Assembly (NCBI GenBank): GCA_046483985.1
Contig: JAWOCD010000039.1
Span: 1 to 64,000 of the forward strand
From: Promethearchaeia archaeon
GTDB taxonomy: Archaea; Asgardarchaeota; Lokiarchaeia; Sigyniarchaeales; SOKP01
Length of the DNA: 64,000 nucleotides
Direction of reading: 5' to 3'
The notes beneath the pieces are model-generated. The model saw nothing but the letters and a program-made list of their open reading frames with translations, did no database searches and was not told the origin of the DNA. The translations under genes were made by a program, and so were the position numbers. This document shows positions 1-10,582 of this stretch, piece after piece (the first letter of the stretch is position 1; each line of letters starts with the position of its first letter).

Positions 1-702
1 CGTTGTTGTAAAATTATCGTTTTCTTTATTTAAGGCTCTATTAATATTTGACCAATAATTTCCCGCTGTATCATTTGTTAATCCTATTTCATTCCCACCA
101 ATCGTTTCATCAATATCAATCTGAAATAATTCAGAATAGAGGAAATAATTCTGCCAAATGTCTAACTGTGACGACGAACCTTCAATTTTTACTCCATATT
201 TATTATTCAATAAAGCGTTTTGGGTAATATTGAAATTGGTAGAATCAATTAGCCGAATACCGTATCCAGTTGATTTAATGGTGTTATTGACCAAAGCTCC
301 GTGTGTCACATTATTCAAATAGAGTCCAGAGGAACTGGAACCGCTATTCATCAATAATGAGTCAGTAATATTGAAATACATATCCTCCGTGTTTTTAATT
401 TCTATACAATTTCCGCTTCCCCCTGCATCGATTTTAACTCCTTGAATTACATAGGGATCGCCAAGAGTTCCACTTCCGTTAAACCAAGATTTATCGTTTA
501 GTGTTTCCCACTCATCATTTCCATCTACTGAAATAGGGTCTGTGGTGTTATATGATACACTGAGCAATTCTTGATCCATTTCTGAGGTGTTTTCTGGGAA
601 ATTATTACGTGAGGTACTCCCTAAAATTAAACCTGAAATGAGAACGGAAATGAATAGAACTGCGATGATTCCCAAAAGAGAATACATCTTTGTAGTTTTC
701 AT
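1..702 (-). CDS. Secreted or membrane-anchored right-handed beta-helix (NosD/pectin-lyase-like) protein, 5' part only (runs off the window)
   Basis: Not in the ORF track. Manual translation from ATG 702: MKTTKMYSLLGIIAVLFISVLISGLIL (signal/TM), then WFNGSGTLGDPYVIQG and GLYLNNV/GIRLIDS/GVKIEGS repeats. Same N-terminal motif as 44626..45762. Confidence 0.8.
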   Translation of the reverse strand, partial: MKTTKMYSLLGIIAVLFISVLISGLILGSTSRNNFPENTSEMDQELLSVSYNTTDPISVDGNDEWETLNDKSWFNGSGTLGDPYVIQGVKIDAGGSGNCIEIKNTEDMYFNITDSLLMNSGSSSSGLYLNNVTHGALVNNTIKSTGYGIRLIDSTNFNITQNALLNNKYGVKIEGSSSQLDIWQNYFLYSELFQIDIDETIGGNEIGLTNDTAGNYWSNINRALNKENDNFTTT

Positions 703-846
703 AATTAACTTATGTCCGTGTTTATATTTTTATTATTATTACATTACATTTTGATTTTTCTTAATTTATATTTTAATTTATAATTTCATTTTTTTTTTAT
801 AACAAGAAAATTTTAATAGATAAGTGCTTAATTATTTCTCAATATT

Positions 847-1323
847 ATGGATTTTAAAGATTTTTTTGATGGGCTCGTGAGCTTAAGTCTCGTCGTTTTT
901 ATTTTTTCCTTAACATTTATGATCGGCTCGATAATACTTAAGCCGTATATTGCGTTGGAACCCGCACATATGTATTTCATTATCACCCTCTGTATTATAA
1001 ATCTTAATTTTGCCGTCTACTACTTGTTTGAGGCCTTTCAATTTAAAAAGGCTTTTCCATTAAAGGATGTTTTTCTTGAGAAGGTAGCAAAACGGTGCGG
1101 ACTGGTTTCAGTTTTTTATCTTTTCCATTTAATCTTGGTACTTTCTTTATTCTTTTTGGGATTACATAACCTGGAAGTACTGATGGTCTTTCTCCTCACC
1201 CTAATGGAAACTTTTCTCCTTGGTCTCGTGTTTAAAGAGGTCTATGATCTCCTTTATCAACCCGAAAGATTTAGGAGAGATGAACTGAGGAATAACCGCC
1301 ACCGTTACTTTAATCAAGACTGA
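847..1323 (+). CDS. Hypothetical membrane protein (~4 TM)
   Basis: 158 aa with four hydrophobic segments and a charged C-terminal tail. Confidence 0.7.
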   Translation: MDFKDFFDGLVSLSLVVFIFSLTFMIGSIILKPYIALEPAHMYFIITLCIINLNFAVYYLFEAFQFKKAFPLKDVFLEKVAKRCGLVSVFYLFHLILVLSLFFLGLHNLEVLMVFLLTLMETFLLGLVFKEVYDLLYQPERFRRDELRNNRHRYFNQD

Positions 1324-1359
1324 AAAGTAGAGAAAGAAAAGACGTGTTCTTCGGAATTA

Positions 1360-2592
1360 TTATTTACTTAACTTTTCAAGAGCTGTATCGGCCATTTTCA
1401 ATTTTATAGAATATTTTTCCATGAGTTCTGCAAATTTTTCGGCATTGATCTCGTTGTTTTTTTTCATCATTTTTAATTCATTAATTGTACGGATTAGCCC
1501 AGCTTTCTTATCTAAAAGTTTCTCTTTTTTGCTGTACGGAATCTTTTTCTCCAATTTTTTCTTCTTGAATTTATTAAACCTCTGGCTGTTTACATCCTTT
1601 GGTACAAATTTTGTGAGGTACACCGTACTTTTTGGGACGAATGGGGCTAAATTCTCTGGAATTAATACCACGGGTTCAGGATCCATAATTCGTTTTATCT
1701 CTTCGTAGGGTAATTCCTCTACGTCTAAATCATTAATTAATTCATTGACTACTTCAATATTAATCTCTAAGTTCTCTTTTTCTTCTTGTTTAAGATCCTT
1801 AAGACTCCTAAGCATCTTATTCCAAATCCTTTTTGATTTGGAGTAATAAAACAGCGCTTTCTGTTTGAGCCTTTTAACCTTTTCGGATTTGATATTGGTT
1901 AAGCTGGATTCAACCGTTGCTTGTGCTTTAAGTTCACATGCTTTTCCCATATCATAGTGAAATTGGGCTCGAATTTGTTGTTTCTTTTTCTCCTTATGCC
2001 GCTTTAGATAGAAGATCCGTTTGTACATTGCAGACAATCCCGAATACAATTTCGAACAAAAGTAGAGATTGTTTTTTTCCTCTTCTCGGGTGGCAGCAAT
2101 ACTTTGGGCTAAAGTTCTTGTCTCTTCGGACTTTAGTTCTAAGTTCTCCGAGGCAAGGACACTTCCTTTTTCATATTGATGTACTGCTGAAACACTAAAA
2201 TAGGCAGAAGCCTTATACATTTTACTGCTCTCATACATTGCTGTTATTGCATTATCCCAATCCTCATTTTCTTCGTAATCCTCTGCTAACTGACCATAAC
2301 AACGTGCTAATACCCAGATAATCCGGGCGCATTCAAACATGAGGTCGTAAACCTCAATTTCTTTCTCATCCTGAGGATCATAATAAGTTTCAGTTATATC
2401 TAATTCACTTAGAATTCGTTTATGATTTTCATTTTGATAATTAATGTTTAAAATCATCGTATATTCTAAGACCAAATTAAGATCATCAAGGTCAAAAGTT
2501 TCTTCCTCTTTTTCAAGAGCGTCTTCGATTTTCTTTATCTTATAATGAAGAAACCGGATGCGTTGCATGGTTTCTTTATCAAAAAAAGTCAT
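1360..2592 (-). CDS. Hypothetical all-alpha (TPR/helical-repeat-like) protein
   Basis: 410-aa ORF with Ala/Tyr-patterned amphipathic helices; no catalytic motif recognised. Confidence 0.65.
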   Translation of the reverse strand: MTFFDKETMQRIRFLHYKIKKIEDALEKEEETFDLDDLNLVLEYTMILNINYQNENHKRILSELDITETYYDPQDEKEIEVYDLMFECARIIWVLARCYGQLAEDYEENEDWDNAITAMYESSKMYKASAYFSVSAVHQYEKGSVLASENLELKSEETRTLAQSIAATREEEKNNLYFCSKLYSGLSAMYKRIFYLKRHKEKKKQQIRAQFHYDMGKACELKAQATVESSLTNIKSEKVKRLKQKALFYYSKSKRIWNKMLRSLKDLKQEEKENLEINIEVVNELINDLDVEELPYEEIKRIMDPEPVVLIPENLAPFVPKSTVYLTKFVPKDVNSQRFNKFKKKKLEKKIPYSKKEKLLDKKAGLIRTINELKMMKKNNEINAEKFAELMEKYSIKLKMADTALEKLSK

Positions 2593-2661
2593 AAAATCAT
2601 CTTTTTTTAGATTTAAATTAAGTTAAGTTAAAATTATATTTTATTTCATTTTAATTTAAGC

Positions 2662-3987
2662 ATGGATACTGGGAACAAAATATTCATATTTGAATTTATT
2701 TCGGGGGGTGGTTTTAACAAAGAAAATATTCCCTCGTCTCTTTTTTGTGAAGGCTTTGCCATGCTTAACGCAATTACCGCCGACTTTTCTCAGTTACAAT
2801 TTGAGGTGCACACTCTTTTAGATGAGAGAATAGCCTTTTTTTCCAAATATTTGCACATCGATGATTTCCTTCCAGTGAAAAAAAAGGATAAATATTTTGT
2901 AAAATTCAAACAAGCTTTATCCAAATGTGACTCGTGTCTTATTATTGCACCTGAATTCTCGAATATCCTCTACGATCTTACACGGTTGGCTGAAAAAGAA
3001 AATAAAACTATTTTGAGCGTTACTTCAGAAGGGATAGAATTGGCCGGATCTAAAATGAACACTTACGATCTTTTTCGAGCGGAAGATATTCCCACCCCCA
3101 AGACTTATGCACTTTTTTCCGAAGCCCAAAATGTAAAAGAAAGATTTTTATCGATTTCAAATAAATTAGGATTTCCTTTGATTATCAAACCAAATGATGG
3201 CGTGAGCGCAGAGTCAGTCTACTTAATCGAAAACAAAAAAGAAGTGGACGATTTTTTTGAGCAATCTAAAGAATATTTAGATCAAAAAAGGGAATACTTG
3301 GTGCAAGAATATCGACCAGGTCGGAATTTGAGTGCTTCTGTAATCTTGCCCCTATTGACGTTGGATAAAAAAAAGGCAAGCCGAAAATCTATTCTTTTAA
3401 GTATTAACAATCAAAACCTAAAATTTGAAGACATATCCGTGGATTCAGAATATATTGGTGGGGCTACTCCCGCCACGGGCTTGAAGGCAATATCTAAGAA
3501 TTTTCTAGATCATTTAAATCACTTAGATTTATCCTCTTTTCAAAGCTATATCGGGATTGATTTCATTTTAAATGAGTGCAATGAAATCTCTTTTATTGAG
3601 ATCAATCCCCGGTTAACCACTTCCTATATTGGAATCAGAAACGCATTACATGAAAATCCAATACATATCTTATTAAATCCAGGAGAATACGGTGAAAAAT
3701 TCTTTTTTTCCCGCCAAAAATGGAAACATTCTCAATTTTCTCGTGTAGAATTAGTGTATAAAGGAGATAAGGATCTGATGTATATTTATGAAGACCTTAT
3801 TCCAGAGATTCTTACAGAGATTCCTGAATTTGTTACACCTCCCATTTCATTTGGGAAACCAGATAAGAATAGAAATATGAGATTCTCGTGTTTTTTAGCA
3901 ACAAGCTGTGAAAATAAAAGGGAATCGAGAGTGCGAATAGCCCAAATTTACGATTTACTTCAAAAATGGAGATTTTATCACCTATAA
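2662..3987 (+). CDS. ATP-grasp ligase, tyramine--L-glutamate ligase (MfnD)-like
   Basis: N-terminal IFIFEFISGGG..SLFCEGFAML, LIIAPE, IIKPNDGVSA, GIDFI, FIEINPRLTTSY. Confidence 0.8.
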   Translation: MDTGNKIFIFEFISGGGFNKENIPSSLFCEGFAMLNAITADFSQLQFEVHTLLDERIAFFSKYLHIDDFLPVKKKDKYFVKFKQALSKCDSCLIIAPEFSNILYDLTRLAEKENKTILSVTSEGIELAGSKMNTYDLFRAEDIPTPKTYALFSEAQNVKERFLSISNKLGFPLIIKPNDGVSAESVYLIENKKEVDDFFEQSKEYLDQKREYLVQEYRPGRNLSASVILPLLTLDKKKASRKSILLSINNQNLKFEDISVDSEYIGGATPATGLKAISKNFLDHLNHLDLSSFQSYIGIDFILNECNEISFIEINPRLTTSYIGIRNALHENPIHILLNPGEYGEKFFFSRQKWKHSQFSRVELVYKGDKDLMYIYEDLIPEILTEIPEFVTPPISFGKPDKNRNMRFSCFLATSCENKRESRVRIAQIYDLLQKWRFYHL

Positions 3988-4009
3988 TCTTCCGATTTTC
4001 GAGCGAATC

Positions 4010-4888
4010 TTAAAACGAAATAAAGAGAAGGATTGAAAATCCGGAATAATGCAACACGAGTGATATAATTAACGCATTTTCGATTTTTATATCTTTTATC
4101 AATGAAAGACTATAAGTAAGCAACCATAGCGCCCATACTTGAAAAAAAATCATAAGACTTTTATCAATGATATTCATGACGGAAAATTTGAGAAGGTTTG
4201 TAACAGTAAACAGGTAATGGATAATCAAATAAATCACCATCGGGAAAAGAACCATGCTAAAAGAAGCGAGGAATTCCCTTGAATTCTCTTCTTTCTGCAA
4301 AAGATATCGATTTATTCCCTCAATCAAGAGGAAATATAGAACAAAATTGAGAATAAAATCACATGAAAGCCATACTTGGAAAAATCCATCCATAGATTCC
4401 AAAGAATCTATTGCACTTACGTTAAAAAGAAAAAACATATAAGATCCATTTAACCCGTTGAAAATAGACCCAGTAATTAATATGATAACGGATAACAGTA
4501 CCGTATAGATCTTATCCTCCTCTTCATATGCTATGAATCTTTTGGGAGTTAATTTAAATAACCCTTGAAGTAGAGGAGAATTGAATTCTCCCTTGGAAGT
4601 AGGCGTCTTAATGGATTCCATATTTTCTAACATTGAACTGTATGCGTGTTCCCCCAAAGGAGTTAAATAGTATTTCTTATCGTCTTTCTGTTCGATTAAA
4701 CCCGATAAATTTTCAAGATGATGATATATTGTACCGGTACTTACTTTAAGTGTTTTCTTTAAGCTTGTAAAAGAAGTATATTCTTGTTTTCCAATTATTT
4801 TTATGATTTTTCTCCGGAGATCATGGCTTAAAGCAACATAAAACTCATCTTCTAAATCCTCTTCATTTCCTTCTGACTTTGCATTCAT
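4010..4888 (-). CDS. ArsR-type winged-helix domain fused to a multi-pass (Yip1-like) membrane domain
   Basis: ALSHDLRRKII..SFTSLKKTLKVSTGTIYHHLENL..YYLTPLG followed by about five TM helices. Confidence 0.75.
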   Translation of the reverse strand: MNAKSEGNEEDLEDEFYVALSHDLRRKIIKIIGKQEYTSFTSLKKTLKVSTGTIYHHLENLSGLIEQKDDKKYYLTPLGEHAYSSMLENMESIKTPTSKGEFNSPLLQGLFKLTPKRFIAYEEEDKIYTVLLSVIILITGSIFNGLNGSYMFFLFNVSAIDSLESMDGFFQVWLSCDFILNFVLYFLLIEGINRYLLQKEENSREFLASFSMVLFPMVIYLIIHYLFTVTNLLKFSVMNIIDKSLMIFFQVWALWLLTYSLSLIKDIKIENALIISLVLHYSGFSILLFISF

Positions 4889-4934
4889 TTTATATACTTT
4901 ATCCTAGTATTTTTCTAATGTTAGATAACTACAC

Positions 4935-5372
4935 TTACTTTTGAGTAATAAGGATGTTGATGGTATAAAAAATATTCAAAATAAATCCCGCAATGCAAAA
5001 ATAAAAACCTATCCCGATTGTTGGAAGATATTCTAGCTCACCTGGAATAAAATCAAAGAAGAATAGCAGTAAAAAGCCTAATCCGACGAGAAATACTATT
5101 ACTGCGTTTATTTGATAATCTTCTTTGTAATATAAAATGCACGTGCCTGTAAGGCAAATGATACCACTAATGAGCGGAAATAGATAAAAGAAGGCATCCT
5201 CAAGTGCAATAGTCGTCTGGAATATATATATGTTCAAGAGAGAATAATCGGTTAACCATGGAAGAAATTCGGATATAATTATTAATAACGAGCCACACAA
5301 CCCCATTAGTCGAAAATCGAGGTACTCCCTTAAATTTGATTTCATTATCTCTACTTCACCATTTGAAGGCAA
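4935..5372 (-). CDS. Hypothetical 4-TM membrane protein
   Basis: Hydrophobic pattern with FLPW and GIGFY motifs. Confidence 0.65.
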   Translation of the reverse strand: MPSNGEVEIMKSNLREYLDFRLMGLCGSLLIIISEFLPWLTDYSLLNIYIFQTTIALEDAFFYLFPLISGIICLTGTCILYYKEDYQINAVIVFLVGLGFLLLFFFDFIPGELEYLPTIGIGFYFCIAGFILNIFYTINILITQK

Positions 5373-5457
5373 TGATTAAATTTTAATATCAACATGAAAT
5401 TATAATTATTTAAAGCTTTTTTCTAATAAATTTTTAAGTTAATAAGATTAATTTATC

Positions 5458-6894
5458 TTGAATAAGATTATGTCGACGAAAGAGGAATTATCTGCAACAG
5501 AACCATCTCCTTTATTAAATTACTTAAAGGAGGAAATTCCGATTGAAGATATGCGCGATTATTCGAGCCCCGAACGGATTGAATCTATTGATTTTGTAAA
5601 GGGGTTTGCCATTGTCTTTATTATGCTGGCCCATTGTTCCGCAGCTTGGCTTAATAATAATTGGAAATATCTTTATGGATTGGTCTTCGCGGGGTTAGAT
5701 ATCTTAGGTCCTTCCTTATTCATTTTTCTATCGGCTTTGAGCGTCATATTTAGTATTAAAAAAAAGAAAGGGAGATTACCAGAAAATGTTATACGAAATC
5801 GAATTTTCTCACGTGGTCTGAGTATTATTCTTATTGGGGTATTATATAATTTTATTGGATCAGCGACAATTCCGGAGGTTCCTTTCCCATTAAACTTATG
5901 GGGCTGGAATATTCTCATGTTTATCGGCTTCTCACAAATCTTCTCGTATTATGCCATGAAGCTGGGAAAAATGCTTCGGATAGTTATTGGGTTATTTATC
6001 ATTTATTACGCTGAATATATAAGAGAAATTTTATTTTTACATAAGAATGATCACTTAGTATATGGAATTTTACATTATATTGTGACTTCTCCCTCGCCAC
6101 AAATTACCTTATTTCCTTGGTTTGCTATATGCTTTATCTCCACGATCTTCGGGGAAATTCTCTATGAGGCTATGATTAAAGGACCGGGTCCCGCTTATCG
6201 GCATTTATTTAAAACGTTTCTCGGATGGGGATTATTTTTTGTCTTTGTGGGAATATTTTTTGGTTCTGAACTCCAAACTCCAGGTACCTTGCCTGGCGGA
6301 GTTTCAGAATATCCACACATCGGGTTGCTCAATACAATGAATCAGCAAGATTTCTTTCACGTTGTTGGAATGCCGCTCTTTCTCGTCCGGGGGACTGCAT
6401 CCAATATGTTTTATAATCTCGGCGCTGCCTTAAGCATAATTGCAGTCTGTTTCTATCTCATCGACATCAAAAACATTGATAATTACTTTATGAGGATCTT
6501 AAAGTATTACGGGAAAATCAGTCTTTCCCTATTTTTACTTCATTATGTGTTTTTGCTCACGTTTGTGAACGCCTTCCCTATTTGGATATATCCCTTCATT
6601 GTATTTGCTTTTATAGGCTTTATGGGGATTATGATGTACCTTTGGATGGAGAACGGCGGTGTTGGAACTCCCGAATGGATTATGATTCAGATTGGAAGAG
6701 TTGGACAAAAGACGGGCGAGGAAGTCAAAAAGAGTTCCAAAAAAGTGGTCGAACATACGAAGAAAGTTTATAGCAAAACCGAAGAATTCTTACAACGGAC
6801 CGGAGAGTCGTTTAAATTGGAATCAGAAAAAATATCCGAGGGAGAAAAGAATAAATCTCGTCGTGATAAAGAGAAAATCCACGAAACCGAATGA
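5458..6894 (+). CDS. Heparan-alpha-glucosaminide N-acetyltransferase (DUF1624/HGSNAT-like) membrane acyltransferase
   Basis: RIESIDFVKGFAIVFIMLAH motif, LFPWF, GKISLSLFLLH, many TM helices, charged C-terminal tail. Confidence 0.75.
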   Translation: MNKIMSTKEELSATEPSPLLNYLKEEIPIEDMRDYSSPERIESIDFVKGFAIVFIMLAHCSAAWLNNNWKYLYGLVFAGLDILGPSLFIFLSALSVIFSIKKKKGRLPENVIRNRIFSRGLSIILIGVLYNFIGSATIPEVPFPLNLWGWNILMFIGFSQIFSYYAMKLGKMLRIVIGLFIIYYAEYIREILFLHKNDHLVYGILHYIVTSPSPQITLFPWFAICFISTIFGEILYEAMIKGPGPAYRHLFKTFLGWGLFFVFVGIFFGSELQTPGTLPGGVSEYPHIGLLNTMNQQDFFHVVGMPLFLVRGTASNMFYNLGAALSIIAVCFYLIDIKNIDNYFMRILKYYGKISLSLFLLHYVFLLTFVNAFPIWIYPFIVFAFIGFMGIMMYLWMENGGVGTPEWIMIQIGRVGQKTGEEVKKSSKKVVEHTKKVYSKTEEFLQRTGESFKLESEKISEGEKNKSRRDKEKIHETE

Positions 6895-7049
6895 TAATTC
6901 ATTTTTTTCTCCTATTTGGTCATTTTTTCTATTAACCATCCAATATAAATTATAAAATTATAAATAAAATAAAGGAATAATATGAAATATTAATTTATTT
7001 CATAATTAATTTTAAATTAATTCAAACTAGATGGAAAAAGGTTTTAACA

Positions 7050-7574
7050 ATTTCTGAAGGAGATCAGTATAAGTTTAAAGTTACTCTTTTTGGTCCTGGA
7101 TCAGTGGGAAAGACGTCTTTGATCTTGCGATATGTGAAAGACTACTTCTCAAATGACTTAAAAAAAACGATTGGGAGCAATTTCTTAATTCAAGATACGA
7201 TGGTTGACGATAAAAAAGTACGTTTAATAATCTGGGACATAGGGGGTCAAGCTGCCTTTCATAGATTGAGAACCGTCTATTTTAAAGGCAGTAATGGGGC
7301 GATTGGGGTATATGATGTCACCTCAACGCAAAGTTTATTAAAGATCCCGGGCTGGATTAGCTCAATTAAAAAGACCGTGAAAAAGGATATTCCAATGATT
7401 CTATTGGGGAATAAGATCGATTTAGCACGTGAGGTGGAAGAACAAGAGGCCCTAGATTTGGCAGAACGATTAGATCTTGATTATTTAGAAACATCCGCGA
7501 AAACGGGGAAAAATGTAGAAATTGCCTTTAAGAAGATAGCCCGTGCGTGTGTAGAAAATATCCAAGAATCCTAA
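7050..7574 (+). CDS. Rab/Ras-like small GTPase
   Basis: G1 GPGSVGKT lies mostly upstream of the track start (7104). Also TIGSNF, WDIGGQ, NKID, ETSAK. Start placed at in-frame ATT 7050. Confidence 0.9.
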   Translation: MSEGDQYKFKVTLFGPGSVGKTSLILRYVKDYFSNDLKKTIGSNFLIQDTMVDDKKVRLIIWDIGGQAAFHRLRTVYFKGSNGAIGVYDVTSTQSLLKIPGWISSIKKTVKKDIPMILLGNKIDLAREVEEQEALDLAERLDLDYLETSAKTGKNVEIAFKKIARACVENIQES

Positions 7575-7925
7575 TATTCTTTTTATTCTTTTCTTTCCAA
7601 TCTCTCATTTTAGATAACTCATAATAAAAAAATGAATTAGGGAAATATAGTTACTTGAATCTTTGAAAACAAAAATTTAAATATCGCTAATTAAACTCAA
7701 AAATTCCCTCTTATTGTTAACTGTGCTAGTTCTTATTAAAACTCCTATAAATTTTTATAGATTTAAATAATTTTCTGCCGCTTTCTTCCATTTTTTAATG
7801 AGTTTGGGTTTACACGCCGAAATAGCTATTACGAAATTTAGCAAATTTTTAAATATGTGTAGATCCATCCCTATCGAAGGTAAGACGGGAGCGAATTTCC
7901 AGAGGATAATGAAAATTTTTAATGC

Positions 7926-10577
7926 TTGCCATACTTAACTAATCAAAAATTCTTAAGCCTAAATATGAATCAAGATAAGATCCAGTTTGACATTAACGTG
8001 GACTATGACGAAGAAAAAGGAATTATTCGGGACCATTGCACCAGCCGTGGATTCCCTCTGGGCGGCATTGGCACCGGCGGATTTTCTATCTTTACAGATG
8101 GAGGATTCGGCAAATTTCGGACAAATCACAATTGGTTTAAGAGCATCGCGCAAGCAGAATATCCCAAAGGAACTTTTTGTGCACTCTGGTGCAAATCCAA
8201 CGAGAAAAAGATCGCAAAACTCTTAAGACGTGACTTTCAAGGAGGAAAAGAATTCATTAATGCTCCTAATATACAACATACCGCTTTTCACGGCACTATT
8301 CCGGTATTTGACCTTGCCTTTCAAGACGATGATCTTCCACTTGATGTAAAATTTTCAGGGTTTACCGGACTTATCCCTCATAATATGAAGGATTCCTCCT
8401 TGCCCGTTGCGTTCTTTCAAGCCACCCTTACAAATCCAAAGGATACTGAAATAGAAGCCTCCTTTTTATTTTCATTTGAGAATATTCTGGGAATCGGCGG
8501 CAGCGGTGGCTGGAAATGGGTTTTTCCCTTTAATGGTCCAGTTACATATGATTCCAGGGAGGGGGACTATAATGAACCTTATGAACGAGATAATCTGCAT
8601 GGAATAACCTTTAAAACTCATCAAGAATACGGTCCAAAGAATCCACGACGAAGAGTGGTGGGTCAGTATTTTCTTATCTCTGATCGGGAAAGGCAAACTG
8701 ATCAACACCAAGAAGACCTCACCATTACGAAATACCCCGTATGGGATTCGGATAACGACAAGATTGAATTCTGGGATTATTTCCAAAAAACTGGTACTCT
8801 CCCAACAAATGTGACTTCGGAAAGCGAAGGACACGCGGGAGCACTGGCCGTTAAAACCACACTTGGACCGAAAGAAGAGAAAAGGATTAATTTTTACCTT
8901 ATCTGGTGGATGCCTTCCTATGTCATCGAGAAAAGGCAACGCCTCCGTAAATTTTTTCCGTGTATAAGCCATAAAGGAAAAAATTATGGTCATTACTGGA
9001 TGCAACATTTCTCAACTCCGCAAGCGCTGGTCGACTATGCCGTGGAAGAGCGAGAAAGAATCAGTACCCAATCCCGTGAACTAATCGAGATCATCGAACA
9101 AGCGACCTTACCGGAATGGCTTAAGACATATATTTTAAATTCCACGGACTCCATGCTGATAAATACAGTGCTTACCAAGAATGGTAAATATTATATGATG
9201 GAGGGCGTACCTTGGGATTGGGCTCCCGGGGCATTAACGGGCACCGTGGACCAACGTCTTAACTCGCATATTTATTCGGCTACATTCTTTCCCACCTTAG
9301 ATAAAAACGAGCTGGACTCCTTTTATCGTTTGACCGAAGATGGGAGGGTGCCGCACGGAAATGGGCATGCGGATGTCGCGCTGGACACCTATGATGTACC
9401 TTATGGCCAACCCATTCGAATCTTCAACCGCACAGATCAATGGATTGATCTCCCGCAGTCGCTTATCTTGCAAGTAGGAAAACATATTTTGCAATCCAAG
9501 GATATGGAGTTGCTAAAACGGTTTTGGAAGAAGGTACCCGAGATGATGACTTATCTCGACGAATCGATGGTAAATGATGTTCCGGAAGGGATTACCACCT
9601 ATGATTATATGAAATATCATCCGTGTTTCGTCTATACGGCAACTCTTCATCTTGCCACGCTCAAGATGGTTGTTTATTTGGCTGACCTTTTAAAGGAGGA
9701 GGTTAAGAAGGAAAATCCCGACAAAGCTGAGGATTTGGCTGATTTTATTAACCACTATCGACACCAATATACTGCGACAGACCGCTCGTATCAAGAACGC
9801 TTATGGCGTGAGCGTCCACAAGGGGGTTACTTTAAAACATGTGAAACGCGGGATACAATATTTACTAGCGCTCTTGCGGGAGATTGGAGTAGTCGCTTGT
9901 GTGGATTAGGACCGGTCGTGGACTATCAGAAAGCATGTTCCCAGAGCAGCTGGCAAAAGAGACTATTAATTGATTCGCATTCCTATTCAGAACTCAACGG
10001 AAAGAAAACGAGACCTTTAATCTATCGTGAGGCAGATTTTGACGGAAATGAATTGCCGGTAAAAATACTCTTCCACAAAACCTATCATGCAAATAACCCA
10101 TATCAAGTTTCAGCTTACCAAGGGCTTGAAAGCATCTATCTGGGTAGAGTGGATGAAGGATTTGAGGTGATTAAAATGATCTGGGGGAAGGCATACAATG
10201 AAGGATTCCCGTGGAATCTCGATCATTGGGGGATGGACAATCACGTATATATGGCTCATCCCATATTATGGGCGGTTCCCAAGGCAATAACGGGCATGGC
10301 CTACAATGCCTTTGAAGAAAAACTAATTATTTCTCCCCAGCCGATTCCAGGAAGGGATTATTTTGAGATTCCTGTCTTTTTTCCGGATTTTTGGCTGATA
10401 GTGAAGTATTCCCGGGAAATGACCAACGTTGAATTTGAAATTCTTAAAAGCTTTACTTCAGAGTTAACAGTCAAGAATATCGTGCATCAACGTCCAAACG
10501 GTGAAGAAAAAGTATATGAACTCGATCATTCAATCCAGATAAAAAAGAGCGCAACCTTTAGTATTACTTTAAATTAA
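7926..10577 (+). CDS. GH116 glycoside hydrolase (non-lysosomal glucosylceramidase/GBA2-like)
   Basis: GFPLGGIGTG, DSSLPV, TVDQ and GRVPH motifs; 883 aa. True start may be ATG 7965. Confidence 0.85.
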   Translation: MPYLTNQKFLSLNMNQDKIQFDINVDYDEEKGIIRDHCTSRGFPLGGIGTGGFSIFTDGGFGKFRTNHNWFKSIAQAEYPKGTFCALWCKSNEKKIAKLLRRDFQGGKEFINAPNIQHTAFHGTIPVFDLAFQDDDLPLDVKFSGFTGLIPHNMKDSSLPVAFFQATLTNPKDTEIEASFLFSFENILGIGGSGGWKWVFPFNGPVTYDSREGDYNEPYERDNLHGITFKTHQEYGPKNPRRRVVGQYFLISDRERQTDQHQEDLTITKYPVWDSDNDKIEFWDYFQKTGTLPTNVTSESEGHAGALAVKTTLGPKEEKRINFYLIWWMPSYVIEKRQRLRKFFPCISHKGKNYGHYWMQHFSTPQALVDYAVEERERISTQSRELIEIIEQATLPEWLKTYILNSTDSMLINTVLTKNGKYYMMEGVPWDWAPGALTGTVDQRLNSHIYSATFFPTLDKNELDSFYRLTEDGRVPHGNGHADVALDTYDVPYGQPIRIFNRTDQWIDLPQSLILQVGKHILQSKDMELLKRFWKKVPEMMTYLDESMVNDVPEGITTYDYMKYHPCFVYTATLHLATLKMVVYLADLLKEEVKKENPDKAEDLADFINHYRHQYTATDRSYQERLWRERPQGGYFKTCETRDTIFTSALAGDWSSRLCGLGPVVDYQKACSQSSWQKRLLIDSHSYSELNGKKTRPLIYREADFDGNELPVKILFHKTYHANNPYQVSAYQGLESIYLGRVDEGFEVIKMIWGKAYNEGFPWNLDHWGMDNHVYMAHPILWAVPKAITGMAYNAFEEKLIISPQPIPGRDYFEIPVFFPDFWLIVKYSREMTNVEFEILKSFTSELTVKNIVHQRPNGEEKVYELDHSIQIKKSATFSITLN

Positions 10578-10582
10578 TTCCT

